DNA of 64,000 nucleotides from Acidobacteriota bacterium (GTDB taxonomy: Bacteria > Acidobacteriota > CAIWXX01): NCBI GenBank assembly GCA_040755995.1, contig JBFMAF010000055.1, forward strand, positions 224,001 to 288,000, read 5' to 3'. The first letter of the stretch is position 1; each line of letters opens with the position of its first letter. Position numbers and translations under genes: made by a program. The notes under the pieces were generated by a model that searched no databases, had not been told where the DNA came from, and worked only from the letters and a program-made list of their open reading frames with translations. This document shows positions 50,380 to 60,956 of this stretch, piece after piece.

Positions 50380-51873
50380 CTACTGCTTCGCGAAAGCCTT
50401 GATGCAGACGTTGCCCTTCTCGCACTGGTATTGGGACCAGGTGGCGATGTCTTCCCAGTTTGTGCCGTCCCAGCTCATGAAGCTCTGGCCCGACTTCGCC
50501 GTGACCTTGCTGCTGTAGCCGGCCTCGTAGTGCTCGATCGGAATCTGGAAGATCTCCCCCGGCTTTCCAGGAGTCGTGACCTTCACGACCACGGAGAACT
50601 TCTTGCCCTTGGTGAGAGTGGCGGCTGACGGCAGAACCACGGTGTGATAGCCGGCCTGCGCGAGCTTGCCGCTCTTGCTCCCCGCGAGCGTCCCGCTCTT
50701 GGGGTTGGTGCCGGAAGTGAGCCCCCTGTATACGTATACCTGATACGAGGTATTCGGCATGGCTGCGTAGAAGCTCACGGCCCTGATCGGGTAAGCGCTG
50801 GAGTTCGGCGCGAAGATGTTGGCGAACCATACCGTGGCGGTCGTGCCGTTGCCCCAGAAGTTGACGCAGCCGAGAGGATCATAATGGTAGAAGCCGCTGT
50901 AGTTGTCGGTCGCCGCTGCGTTGTTGAAGCAACCACCGTAATACATATTGAAGTCGTAGTACGAAATCCAGAAGTAGCCGTTATCACCGGAGCCGGTGCC
51001 CCAGCTGTTCTTGCAGAGCACGGCGCCGTTGGCGGGGGGCTTCTTCACGAAGTTGTTCTTGCTGTAGGAGTCGTTCCATCCGATGGCGGTAACGGCGTGG
51101 CCGGCGTTGTCTATGTCATACTCGGAGTAGTACGTGCTGCGTGCGGCGTTGAACCGGCTCCAGTCGACCTGGAATCCCAGGTAAACCCCGCCATAATTCA
51201 TGATGGCCTGCTTCAGGTTGTTGTTATCGGTCTTGCTCTTCCGTTCAGGCAGCCAGTAGACATCCTGGATGTGCTTCTGGACCGAAGCGGTCGGGTCGAG
51301 CGGAACATATGGATAGGGGAAGTCCGTCTCGTTGTATGGGCCTTTCCACTGTGCCAGATATGCAGTCGACATCCAGTAGCTGCCGCCGTCGCACGGCCCC
51401 AGGCTGAAGCCATGGTTCTTGATGAGGTGATACTCGGAGAGGTCCCTCGTCTCGACCGCCTCAGCTTTCACCGTTTTCATCAGGAAGGACTCCAAGGAGC
51501 CGTACGTCGCGAAAGCCCAGCATGCTCCGCAGGTGGGTCCCTGGTCTTTCACCGGGGTGACTCTGTTGTAGTTGCGCAGGTCGTACGATTTCGGCAACGC
51601 CTTCGCTGGGCCGAAGACCTGCATCCCCTTCATGCGCGAAAGATCCACCGGGATTGGGATGTCTCCGAGTGCGTAACCATCCGGCGTGTACATCATGATC
51701 CTGCCTTCGGCACGCGCCTTCATGTACTTCACGAAATCGGGATTCAACGGTGCGGCCTTGGGAACATGCAGCTCGCCGGCCGTCAACGTCAACGCGAACA
51801 GCAAACCCACAAGGATCCCGAGCGGTCTCGCTGCTCCATCGAACCAGTTCCTGCCCCTCCAGAACTTGCGCAT
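50380..51873 (-). CDS. Papain-like C1A cysteine protease with C-terminal beta domain
   Basis: DQGPTCGACWAF, AGHAV, KNSWG catalytic motifs. Confidence 0.92.
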   Translation of the reverse strand: MRKFWRGRNWFDGAARPLGILVGLLFALTLTAGELHVPKAAPLNPDFVKYMKARAEGRIMMYTPDGYALGDIPIPVDLSRMKGMQVFGPAKALPKSYDLRNYNRVTPVKDQGPTCGACWAFATYGSLESFLMKTVKAEAVETRDLSEYHLIKNHGFSLGPCDGGSYWMSTAYLAQWKGPYNETDFPYPYVPLDPTASVQKHIQDVYWLPERKSKTDNNNLKQAIMNYGGVYLGFQVDWSRFNAARSTYYSEYDIDNAGHAVTAIGWNDSYSKNNFVKKPPANGAVLCKNSWGTGSGDNGYFWISYYDFNMYYGGCFNNAAATDNYSGFYHYDPLGCVNFWGNGTTATVWFANIFAPNSSAYPIRAVSFYAAMPNTSYQVYVYRGLTSGTNPKSGTLAGSKSGKLAQAGYHTVVLPSAATLTKGKKFSVVVKVTTPGKPGEIFQIPIEHYEAGYSSKVTAKSGQSFMSWDGTNWEDIATWSQYQCEKGNVCIKAFAKQ

Positions 51874-52117
51874 CTGAGCACCTCCTGTGCCATGTGTTAG
51901 ACTACAACGGACAGCGGCTGGCTTCGCCACGTCAAGTCTCTCGGATGGAATGTGAACCCGTCAGAGCCGGCCGGCTGTACATGTCGTGACCCTGGATGCA
52001 TGGTAACCCTCGCCGTACCAGGAGTCAACCGCCGCCCCAGGCGCGGGCTCTAGTAGGCGCGGCAAGGCCTGGGGCGCCCCGGGTCGTCCGGCGACCGTCA
52101 ACATCGCGGCGAGAGGC

Positions 52118-54085
52118 TCAGGCGCCCAGAGACTTCGCTGCAAGCTCCAGTACGTCGTACGTCGAGAGCTCCTCGTGCCCCGTCTCCCCCGCTGCGTTAT
52201 TCAGCATGACGTTGCAGAACGGGCATGCGACGGCGACCGCCTTAGCCTTTGTCGCGAGCACATGGTTGAAACGCTCGTGGTTGATGCGAGTGCCGAGCTT
52301 CTCCTCGAGCCACATTCTGCCTCCACCCGCTCCACAGCACATCGCCGTCTCACCGTGGTGTTCCATCTCGGTGATGCTGGTGCCCGGAATGGACCTGAGA
52401 ATCCTGCGTGACGCCGCCGTCTCGCCGTTATACCTCGCGAGGTAGCAGGGGTCATGGAAGGTGAGGGAGCCGTTGACCGGCCGGGTCAGCTTCAGCTTGC
52501 CCTGCTCGATGAGCTTCGCGACGAGCTGGGTGCCGTGGACAACCTCGTAGTTGCCGCCGAAGCTCGGGTACTCGTTCTTCAGGGTGTTGAAGCAGTGCGG
52601 GCAGTTGGTGACGATCTTCCTGACTCCGCACGCGTTGAGCGTCTCGATGTTGGTTTCCGCCAGTGTCTGGAAGAGATACTCGTTGCCCAGGCGGCGGGCG
52701 GAGTCGCCTGTGCAAGTCTCATCTTCGCCCAGGATCGCGAACGAAACCCCCGCTGATCGCAGCAGCTTCACGAGCGCCTTCGAAACCCGCTGGCCTCTAT
52801 CCTCGTAGGCTCCTGCGCATCCGACCCAGAAGAGATACTCGACATCGGTGTGCTCGGCAATCAGCGGCACGTCGAGCCCCTCCGCCCATTTCGCCCGCTC
52901 GGTCTTGGGCAGGCCCCATGGGTTCCCGTTCCGCTCCATTCCCTTGAACGCCGCATTTAGCTCGTTCGGGAAGTTTCCTTCCTCCAGGCTGAGATACCGG
53001 CGCATCTCCACGATCTTGTCGACGTACGAGATGAACAGCGGGCACGCGTACTCGCAGTAACCGCACGTCGTGCACGCCCAGATCGTATCCTCGCTGATCT
53101 TGCCGCCGATGAGCGGCCGGTTCTCCGGCACGGGCTTGTCCTTCGCCATATCGCCAAGCGGCGTCTCGTAGAGGTAGTCTCTCAGGTCGTTGCAGTAGTT
53201 CATCGGCCGGAGAGGTTTGTTCGTGATTGTCGTCGGACAGACCTCTTTACAGCGGCCGCACTCGGTGCACGTGTAAAGATCCAGGAGCTGCTTCCAGGTG
53301 AAATCCTGGATCCGGTTGGCCCCGAAATGTTCCTGCTCCAGATCCATCTTCTTGAGGCTCCGGTTCGGTTCCAGGTCTCTGAAGTACACGTTGAACAGAG
53401 CAGTGAGAACGTGGAAGTGCTTGGAGTATGGGAGGAAGTTCAGGAACCCGAAGAACAGCATCAGGTGCAGCCACCACATCAGGCGATAGATTGGCCAGAT
53501 GGCGCTGAACGGGAGAGGGCTCAGAAGGCCCGCTACGGTGTTGCCGACCGGCGACCAACTGGCCCACGGTACCGCGTGGTATCGGATGAATGCGCCGTCG
53601 GCGATCAGGTCCGTGACCATCAAGCCTCCGATGAGGCTCAGCGTTGCCCACGCATCCCACGAATTCTCCAGCCGCGCGGGCCGGGCGATGATCCGCCGGC
53701 CGACCGCCATCAGGATGCCGATGATGACCAAGAGCTCGAAGATATCCTTCACCGCCTGATACCCGAGCCCGAAGAGGCCGAGCGTCTCGGTCAGATGGAA
53801 GGAGGGTATCAACCCCTCAGCTATGAGCGCGAGAGAGCGGAGGAGCAGGACGACGAACCCCCAGAAGATGAGCAGATGAAAGAAGCCGGCGTACCAGTCC
53901 CGCACCATCCTCCTCTGCACGAACGCGTAGAGAAGCAGCCCCTTGATTCGCTCCCACGGGCGGTCGAAACGATCGGCCGGCTTTCCAGCCAGCAGAGCCC
54001 CGACACGGCGACGAGTAGTAAACAGGAAGAATGCGATCGAACCGATGACGAGAATCCAGAACAGAACCGTCTCCACAGGATGCAT
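52118..54085 (-). CDS. Membrane Fe-S oxidoreductase (FadF/HdrD-like, CCG domains)
   Basis: TM domain, CTECGRC..CP, CTTCGYC..CP, CCGAGGG. Confidence 0.92.
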   Translation of the reverse strand: MHPVETVLFWILVIGSIAFFLFTTRRRVGALLAGKPADRFDRPWERIKGLLLYAFVQRRMVRDWYAGFFHLLIFWGFVVLLLRSLALIAEGLIPSFHLTETLGLFGLGYQAVKDIFELLVIIGILMAVGRRIIARPARLENSWDAWATLSLIGGLMVTDLIADGAFIRYHAVPWASWSPVGNTVAGLLSPLPFSAIWPIYRLMWWLHLMLFFGFLNFLPYSKHFHVLTALFNVYFRDLEPNRSLKKMDLEQEHFGANRIQDFTWKQLLDLYTCTECGRCKEVCPTTITNKPLRPMNYCNDLRDYLYETPLGDMAKDKPVPENRPLIGGKISEDTIWACTTCGYCEYACPLFISYVDKIVEMRRYLSLEEGNFPNELNAAFKGMERNGNPWGLPKTERAKWAEGLDVPLIAEHTDVEYLFWVGCAGAYEDRGQRVSKALVKLLRSAGVSFAILGEDETCTGDSARRLGNEYLFQTLAETNIETLNACGVRKIVTNCPHCFNTLKNEYPSFGGNYEVVHGTQLVAKLIEQGKLKLTRPVNGSLTFHDPCYLARYNGETAASRRILRSIPGTSITEMEHHGETAMCCGAGGGRMWLEEKLGTRINHERFNHVLATKAKAVAVACPFCNVMLNNAAGETGHEELSTYDVLELAAKSLGA

Positions 54086-54450
54086 CGACTACCTCCTCGT
54101 TCTCCGGCGTCCCGCCGGAAGGGAAGAGGATAGGTCGGTCGTCTCCGCCTGTCAATCCGGGGGTCGTCTCCTCAGCTCCAGCGCGCTCGACGGACTCGGG
54201 GGAGGGCCTGGTCGCCGCCACAAGTCGTACCCATGCCCCTTCCCGTACCCGTTCCCGATCCGTCCTTCTCGGACACGCGAACGGGTTGAAGGCACGGTCC
54301 GTGGGCACGATCGGGAGGGCACGTGCATGCGCCAGACCGCTCGGTGTGCTGTGGCGCATTCATGGACTGGGCCACCCCCCGGGAGCCGTCACGCCCCCTC
54401 GGCTCCACCCCGCCCCCGGGGGCGGACCGGCCTGAAATTTTCCCAAGTTT

Positions 54451-54499
54451 CTTGTTGACAGGGATGAAATGTCGATGGTAGAAATATCCGGTCAACAAG
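54451..54499 (+). promoter_or_regulatory. Sigma70 promoter bracketed by a 9-bp inverted repeat
   Basis: TTGACA-18bp-TAGAAA; CTTGTTGAC...GTCAACAAG. Confidence 0.6.
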
Positions 54500-54529
54500 A
54501 TTGACGATCCCGGGTCAGGAGCGAGAGCT

Positions 54530-55441
54530 ATGGCGCAGAAGTTCTTTACGGTTATTCTGGTCCCGAACGCCAAGGCCTGTTTGCGCAGATTCACGATTCC
54601 TTACAAGCTGGTTGCTGCCACTGGTATTGCACTCTTGACGGTCTGCCTGATCGCGGGAGTCTTCATTTATCGTTCCGCCAGGATCGCGTGGCAGGTGGCG
54701 GAGCTGGAGACGATCCGCTCGGAGAACGCGCAACTACGCCAGGCCAACGTGGACTACCACAAGTCGACCGAGCAGCTGAAGGAGCAGATCAATCAGCTGC
54801 GGGAGTACACGAAGAAGCTGAACACGATTGCCGGCATCGAGGATCCATCTGCGATTACATTGGTGGGGATGGGCGGCATCGGCGGCTTTACGCAGCCGAC
54901 CACGGCGGGCTCGCCGGGTGCCCTCGCTCGGCCGCTGTCGAACGAGCTGAGCTTCCTGAAGGCCGAGGCGGGGCAGCTCGAGGACCAGATGCAGAGCCTG
55001 TCTTCATTCTTCGAGAAGCAGTCGCTGCTCCTGGCCTCCACCCCGTCGATCTGGCCGACCACGGGGTATCTGAGCTGCGGATTCGGATGGCGCCTGGATC
55101 CTTTCACCAAGCTGAACGAGTTCCATCAGGGCATAGATATCTCCAGCCAGTTGGGCCAACCCATCGTCGCGCCGTCCTCCGGCGTCGTCGTTGCCACCGG
55201 GAGCAAGGGAGGCTACGGCAACGTGCTTATCCTAGATCATGACTTCGGTTACCAGACGCGCTACGGACACCTCCGCGGCTTCGCCGTGAGAGAAGGACAG
55301 AGTGTCAAGCGAGGGCAGATCATCGCCTATGTCGGGAACACCGGCAAGTCGACCGGCCCGCATCTTCATTACGAGGTCTGGGTTCATGATCAGGCTGTGA
55401 ATCCGATCCAGTTCATTCTCGAAGAGTACATGAGGATGTAG
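54530..55441 (+). CDS. M23 family metallopeptidase
   Basis: HQGID, YGHL, STGPHLHYEV. Confidence 0.93.
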   Translation: MAQKFFTVILVPNAKACLRRFTIPYKLVAATGIALLTVCLIAGVFIYRSARIAWQVAELETIRSENAQLRQANVDYHKSTEQLKEQINQLREYTKKLNTIAGIEDPSAITLVGMGGIGGFTQPTTAGSPGALARPLSNELSFLKAEAGQLEDQMQSLSSFFEKQSLLLASTPSIWPTTGYLSCGFGWRLDPFTKLNEFHQGIDISSQLGQPIVAPSSGVVVATGSKGGYGNVLILDHDFGYQTRYGHLRGFAVREGQSVKRGQIIAYVGNTGKSTGPHLHYEVWVHDQAVNPIQFILEEYMRM

Positions 55442-55698
55442 CCTGAACCTGCATCGAGGTTCAGCGCGTCGGATCAGAACGCGGCCGGTGGCGTCATCGG
55501 CTTCTATCCGCACCGGTGTCCGATCGCGTACGGGGACGGGAACCGGCCTTCGACCTCGGTATGGCGGAGGGTCCACGGTTCATCGATCCGAGGCCCCGCC
55601 TCTCCAGTGACGCAGCTCACATCTTGAGGTGTAACCTCCCTCCCGGCTACAATCGTCTTGCTAGACGTGCGCAGAGGAAACAATCAAGGAGGGCACTG

Positions 55699-56403
55699 AT
55701 GAAGACTCTGGCCTCGATTCTTGCAGCTCTCGTGGCATTCGTCTCTGTGGCTGCAGCAGAGCAGTACGTCACCGATCCTGCCGTCAACACCACACTCCAC
55801 ACGATCGAGAACACCTGGAACCGCACGTATGGAAACAGCGGCGGGGAGCCCGACATCACGGGCACCTTCCCGGACATCAAACAGTCGTACACCTCGCCCA
55901 GCGGCACCACGATCAAGCTCGTCACGGACGACGTGATGTTCGAGATCGACTTCGGCTCGCTCGATTTCAGCCCCCTCGACCCGATCCAGGAACACAAGTG
56001 CGCGTTCGAGGTGACGGTGAACAAGATCGAGGGCTCGGGAACGGGCACGGTCACCGTCAACACCGCCCATCAGGACTACGAGTACACGTGCGACAAGGTG
56101 ACCATGGGAATCAAGAATTTCAGCGTCACGGGCAACGTATCCATCACCGACACCGGCGTTGCATTCAGCTCGATCGTCCTCCACATCGACCAGAATGACT
56201 ACTACTTCACGTTCCCTTGCGCCGGCGGACCGACGTACTACCCGGAGCTGCAAGAGGAGACTGACGGCGGGTTGCCATCCAACTACCGCACGCTGCTGGT
56301 GAATGCCATGAAGGCCCCCGGGTCGCAGTTCAGCACGGTGTGCCGCAGCAAGACGCTTCAGAGCATGAAGTCGTACATTCGCGAAATCGAAGAGGGCCAG
56401 TGA
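55699..56403 (+). CDS. Secreted hypothetical protein
   Basis: AAGGAGG RBS, signal peptide, beta-rich. Confidence 0.8.
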   Translation: MKTLASILAALVAFVSVAAAEQYVTDPAVNTTLHTIENTWNRTYGNSGGEPDITGTFPDIKQSYTSPSGTTIKLVTDDVMFEIDFGSLDFSPLDPIQEHKCAFEVTVNKIEGSGTGTVTVNTAHQDYEYTCDKVTMGIKNFSVTGNVSITDTGVAFSSIVLHIDQNDYYFTFPCAGGPTYYPELQEETDGGLPSNYRTLLVNAMKAPGSQFSTVCRSKTLQSMKSYIREIEEGQ

Positions 56404-56480
56404 GACGCGGATAAGCGGAGAAACGGAGAAACGGGGAACCGGGGAAACGGCGAAAAGGGAAACGGGGACGCGGAGAGCGG
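56403..56480. repeat. Degenerate octamer tandem repeat (GGAGAAAC-like)
   Basis: About 9 units after the stop codon; heptamer CAACTGA-like run at 56611-56645. Confidence 0.7.
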
Positions 56481-56714
56481 GCGGACTCTCCGCGTTTCCC
56501 GTCTTGAGTTTCGTCGCCGACGATCCATCAGCAATCCCAACCTCGTCCGGGATTGCCGGTGGATTGGGGTGGCGATGCGCGGCCTCGGCCCGACTGAATA
56601 CTCCTGCCACCAACTGACAACCGACAACTGCCAGCTGTCAACTGGCGAAAATGTTTCGCATTTGCTGGAGATTTTCTATATAATGCCGGACTCTGAAAGG
56701 AGAATACTAAACCC

Positions 56715-56999
56715 ATGGCAAAACAAATGACCAAATCCCAGTTGATTGCAAAGCTGGCCGGTGATTGCGAGTTGACCAAGAAGCAGATTGTCGGCGTGCT
56801 GGACAGCCTGGTTGCGGTCGCCTACAAGGAAGCGAAGAACGGGTTCACACTCCCCGGTCTCGGCAAGCTCGTCATCGTGAATCGAAAGGCCAGGATTGGG
56901 CGGAATCCGGCGACCGGCGAGCAGATCAAGATCCCGGCCAAGCGCGTCCTGAAGTTCCGCATTGCCAAGGTTGCCAAAGACACGGTTCTGAAGAAGTAG
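56715..56999 (+). CDS. hup: HU family DNA-binding protein
   Basis: MTKSQLI..GLGKL..RKARIGRNPATGEQIKIPAK. Confidence 0.95.
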   Translation: MAKQMTKSQLIAKLAGDCELTKKQIVGVLDSLVAVAYKEAKNGFTLPGLGKLVIVNRKARIGRNPATGEQIKIPAKRVLKFRIAKVAKDTVLKK

Positions 57000-57437
57000 G
57001 CTCTAGCACAAGGGGGCCCTGAGGAAGGGGGCGTTCGGCCCCGTCTACGGCCCCCTGGCTTTCCCCGGCGCTCTCGTGCGGCTGCGATGGCCGGTTGGGC
57101 CATCGCCCGCTCGGTTGCCGGCGGACCGGCGCGCACGAGGTGGGGGGTGTTCCTGTTCGCGGCCGCGGACGAGGGACAGCCTTGCGCTCCGATGGGTACC
57201 CGAGGCGCGGTCGGATAGACTCGCGGGCCCTCTGAAAGGCGGCCCTGCGCTCCAACTGGCGTGTCGAATAGACCGTACCCGTTCGCGTTCCCGAGGTCGG
57301 TGCGGGGCACGGGCACGAGCCCAACGAGAACGTTGCAGCCCAAAGGGATTCGTTCACGTTCACGTCGAGGTACCTTTCACAAATCCAAGGACGATGCCGC
57401 GGGATCAGGGAAGGCGAGCGCCGAGAGCCCTGAGAGC

Positions 57438-57467
57438 TTGACAGAGCCGGAGACCTTTCACTAGATT
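57438..57467 (+). promoter_or_regulatory. Sigma70 promoter of the GT4 cluster
   Basis: TTGACA-18bp-TAGATT. Confidence 0.55.
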
Positions 57468-57490
57468 AGCGTCGTCCAAGTGGAGACTTG

Positions 57491-58297
57491 ATGGAACAAA
57501 GAAGGCAGCATAGAAGGCGTCCCGCCAACGTCGCGGAGATCATGGCGCAGATCCGCCGCCGGATAGAGCAGAAGAAGAAGGATCTGGGCTATGGCGCCGA
57601 GCTGGAGGATCTGGCGGCGATGAAGCTCAAGCCGCGGCCTGACCCGCAACAGGTTCGATCGCTGCGGACGGGCAAGCTCTACGAGGACCTCGGCAGACCA
57701 GTGTCCGAGCTGTTGAAACCCGAGCCCCCGGCCGGCCCTCCTGCAGCGATGCCCGATCCCTTCGCCAGACCGCCGCTGGCGTTCGAGAGGCCGAACGTTT
57801 CGGCTGAGACTCTGTTCTATTCTTCGCGAGGCGGCGCCGGGCGCCTGCTCATGCTGATCCGCAGGCTGACGCGCCCGTTGTTGAAGCTGTTCGTGAATGT
57901 GGACGCCTACGTGTTCGAGCAGTCCCAGGTGAACCAGACTCTATGCCAGCAGACCGTGATGGTCCACGATCGCATCCTGGAGCAGCTCGTGGACCTGCGC
58001 GACCGGGACGATCATCTCCGGGAGCGTCTGGACCGGCTGAACGCGTCGGTGTCGACCCGGCTCGACGGCTTGACCGCTCTGGTGAGCAGAACTGTCCACT
58101 ACGTGCAGCTTCTGCACGGCATCCAGTCCAGTCTGGTGGCCGAGCTCACCAAGCTGGCGATCGAGAACCAGCACCTGAAGAGCCGGCTGGAAGAGGTCGA
58201 CGACCGCCTCGGCCTCCAGGGCAAGCGCGAGGCGATCGTGGAGGAACAGGTGCAGCAGATCGAAGAACTTGTGGCCCCGAAAGATGACAAGGAGTGA
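57491..58297 (+). CDS. Coiled-coil hypothetical protein preceding the glycosyltransferase cluster
   Basis: NVAEIMAQIRRRI..IRRLTRPLLKLF..coiled coil. Confidence 0.78.
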   Translation: MEQRRQHRRRPANVAEIMAQIRRRIEQKKKDLGYGAELEDLAAMKLKPRPDPQQVRSLRTGKLYEDLGRPVSELLKPEPPAGPPAAMPDPFARPPLAFERPNVSAETLFYSSRGGAGRLLMLIRRLTRPLLKLFVNVDAYVFEQSQVNQTLCQQTVMVHDRILEQLVDLRDRDDHLRERLDRLNASVSTRLDGLTALVSRTVHYVQLLHGIQSSLVAELTKLAIENQHLKSRLEEVDDRLGLQGKREAIVEEQVQQIEELVAPKDDKE

Positions 58298-58450
58298 CCG
58301 AAGCGAGCAGGACAGACCGCTAGCCGGCCTGGCACCCGGAGCAGCGGGGGACGTTGCGCGGTTGTGACCGCAGACATACGCTTGCACGAAAGGATCGCTC
58401 GACCGAGCGAGGCCGGAGAGCCGGCGCGCCGGAGCCTTACCTGGTAACTC

Positions 58451-59680
58451 ATGAAAATCGCACTCGTCGTACAACGGTACGGACTGGAAATCAACGGAGG
58501 CGCCGAGTACCACGCGAGGCTGATCGCGGAGCACCTGTCGAAGCACCTGGAGGTCGAGATCCTGACGACGTGCGCCATCGACTACATCACCTGGAAGAAC
58601 CACTACGAACCGAAATTCGACTTCGTCAACAACATACCGGTCCGTCGATTCCGAGTGTTGCGCCAGCGGAACCCGGTGGCCTTCGGCCGGCTGCAGGATC
58701 GGCTGCTGCGGTATCCGCACACGCAGCGCGACGAGCTTCAATGGCTGCGGCTCGAAGGGCCCTGGAGCCCCTCGTTGATCCGGTACATCGAGAAGAACCG
58801 GGACAACTACGACTACTTCGCTTTCTTCAGCTACCGCTACTACCACTCGTACTACGGGCTCGCGGTCGTCCCTCACAAGGCGCTTCTGGTTCCCACCGCC
58901 GAGCGCGACGACATCACAGCCTTCTCTATTTGGAAGCCGCTGTTCCTGAGACCGCGGGCGATCGTGTACAACTCCCACGAGGAACGCGAGATGATCCACG
59001 CGTTGTCCCAGGGTGTTGCCGACGTTCCCGGGGACGTCGTTGGAGTTGGATCGAACATCCCCGAGAAGGCAAGCCCGGCGGATTTCACGAAGAAATACAG
59101 TATCCAGGACCGCTATCTGGTTTACGTCGGGAGGATCGATGAGAACAAGGGATGTAAGGAGCTCTTCGATTTCTTCCAGAGGTACGTCGGAGAGACGGGG
59201 AGCAAGCTCAAGTTGGTGCTGGTGGGAAGCAGTGTCATGGAGCTGCCCAGGCATCCGTCCATCCTGCCTCTGGGGTTCCTGGATGACGAAGACAAGTTCA
59301 ATGCCATAGCCGGGGCGGACCTGCTGATGATGCCGTCGCAGTACGAAAGTCTCTCGATGGTGACCTTGGAAGCCTGGGGACTTGGCCGGCCTGTGCTGGC
59401 GAACGGCCGCTGCGATGTGCTGAAGGGGCAGTGTCTGAGGAGCAACGGCGGGCTCTTCTACGAGAACTACGAGGAGTTCGTGGAGACGCTGAGGTTCCTG
59501 GAACACCGGGAGCGGCTGCGCCAGGAGCTGGGATTCAACGGCCGCAGATACTTCCGCCGCAACTATTCCTGGGACGTGATCGAGAAGAAATACCTGGATC
59601 TCATCGAGCTCCTCGAGAAACAGGATCCCAAGCCGCCCGCCCCACCTCCTCGCCCGTTCTGGAAGCGATGGGGCTTCTGA
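58451..59680 (+). CDS. Glycosyltransferase family 4
   Basis: MKIALVVQRYG, GRIDENKG, PSQYESLSMVTLEA. Confidence 0.92.
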   Translation: MKIALVVQRYGLEINGGAEYHARLIAEHLSKHLEVEILTTCAIDYITWKNHYEPKFDFVNNIPVRRFRVLRQRNPVAFGRLQDRLLRYPHTQRDELQWLRLEGPWSPSLIRYIEKNRDNYDYFAFFSYRYYHSYYGLAVVPHKALLVPTAERDDITAFSIWKPLFLRPRAIVYNSHEEREMIHALSQGVADVPGDVVGVGSNIPEKASPADFTKKYSIQDRYLVYVGRIDENKGCKELFDFFQRYVGETGSKLKLVLVGSSVMELPRHPSILPLGFLDDEDKFNAIAGADLLMMPSQYESLSMVTLEAWGLGRPVLANGRCDVLKGQCLRSNGGLFYENYEEFVETLRFLEHRERLRQELGFNGRRYFRRNYSWDVIEKKYLDLIELLEKQDPKPPAPPPRPFWKRWGF

Positions 59681-59791
59681 AGCCGGCATCCGGCGGCGGA
59701 CCCGGGCGCCTGTGCAGGCCCTGTTGCCTACCCGTTCCCGATTCCGGCCCTGGTCGCGTGCAGATACCGGCCTGCGGCCTGGGTTTGTCCG

Positions 59792-59820
59792 CTCTCCACT
59801 CTCCACTCTCCACTCTCCAC
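59792..59820. repeat. Heptamer repeat (CTCTCCA) x4
   Basis: Directly visible, intergenic. Confidence 0.85.
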
Positions 59821-59888
59821 GCGAGGCGCGGCCGGAGCGGCCTCGCATGCTCCATGGGTTCGAGGCCGCGCCTCGGCAGGGCCGTCGC

Positions 59889-60956
59889 ATGCAGGTTCAT
59901 CAGATCCTGACGGCGCTGAGCTACGGCGACGCCATCGGCGACGACACGCTGGCGATCCAGCGGATTCTACGGGAAGCGGGGTACGAGTCCGACATCTTCT
60001 GCCAGCTCTACCACCCGCGCATGGCGAATTTTGTGCGGAAGTACGAGGACTATCCCAAGATCTCTTCACCCGAGCACGTGGTTGTTTTCCACTTCTCCAT
60101 CGGCTCGCCCGTCTCGCACATGGTGCCGCACCTGCCGGACCGCAAGATTCTCATCTACCACAACATCACGCCGATGCACTTCTTCCTCGACACGAATCTC
60201 GTGCTGGCGCGGCTTTGCCACAGCGGCCGGAAGGAGCTGCGCGCGTTCGCTGATCGCGTGGACCTGGCGCTGGGGGACAGCGAGTACAACCGGCGGGAGC
60301 TCGAGGAGCTCGGCTTCGCGCGCACGGGCGTTCTTCCGATCATCATGGATTTCTCGAAATTCGACCGCCCCAGCCCGACCCCGCGCCGCCTGCACGGGGA
60401 CGACGGGTACACGTTCCTGTTTGTAGGGCGTGTCATCCCTAACAAGAAGATCGAAGACGTCATCCGCGTCTTCCACCTCTATCAGAGGCACATCAACCCG
60501 CAGTGCCGGGTGTTCATCGTCGGTGACCACCGCGGGTTCGAGCGTTACTACTGGTCGCTGAAGGACTTCGTGCACCAACTGGGTGTCCGGAAGGTGGTGT
60601 TCTCGGGCCACGTCACCAATGAGGAGATTGCCGCCTATTACCGGATGAGCGATGTGTTTCTCTGCATGAGCGAGCACGAAGGGTTCTGCGTGCCGCTCAT
60701 CGAAGCCTTCCACTTCGACATGCCGGTGATCGCCTTCGCCTCATCAGCCGTGCCGTACACGCTGCGCGATGCCGGAGTGCTGTTCGATGACAAGGACTTC
60801 GCGGCGATGGCCGAGATGGCCGAGCTGCTTCGGATCGATTCGGGCTTCCGCGAGCAGGTGCTGCAGGGGCAGCGCGAGGTCCTGGCCGACTACCATCCGT
60901 CCAACACCGGCCGGATGCTGATCGACTTCATCGAACAGGTGAAGGACCGGCGATGA
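59889..60956 (+). CDS. Glycosyltransferase family 4
   Basis: GRVIPNK, SEHEGFCVPLIEA. Confidence 0.92.
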   Translation: MQVHQILTALSYGDAIGDDTLAIQRILREAGYESDIFCQLYHPRMANFVRKYEDYPKISSPEHVVVFHFSIGSPVSHMVPHLPDRKILIYHNITPMHFFLDTNLVLARLCHSGRKELRAFADRVDLALGDSEYNRRELEELGFARTGVLPIIMDFSKFDRPSPTPRRLHGDDGYTFLFVGRVIPNKKIEDVIRVFHLYQRHINPQCRVFIVGDHRGFERYYWSLKDFVHQLGVRKVVFSGHVTNEEIAAYYRMSDVFLCMSEHEGFCVPLIEAFHFDMPVIAFASSAVPYTLRDAGVLFDDKDFAAMAEMAELLRIDSGFREQVLQGQREVLADYHPSNTGRMLIDFIEQVKDRR

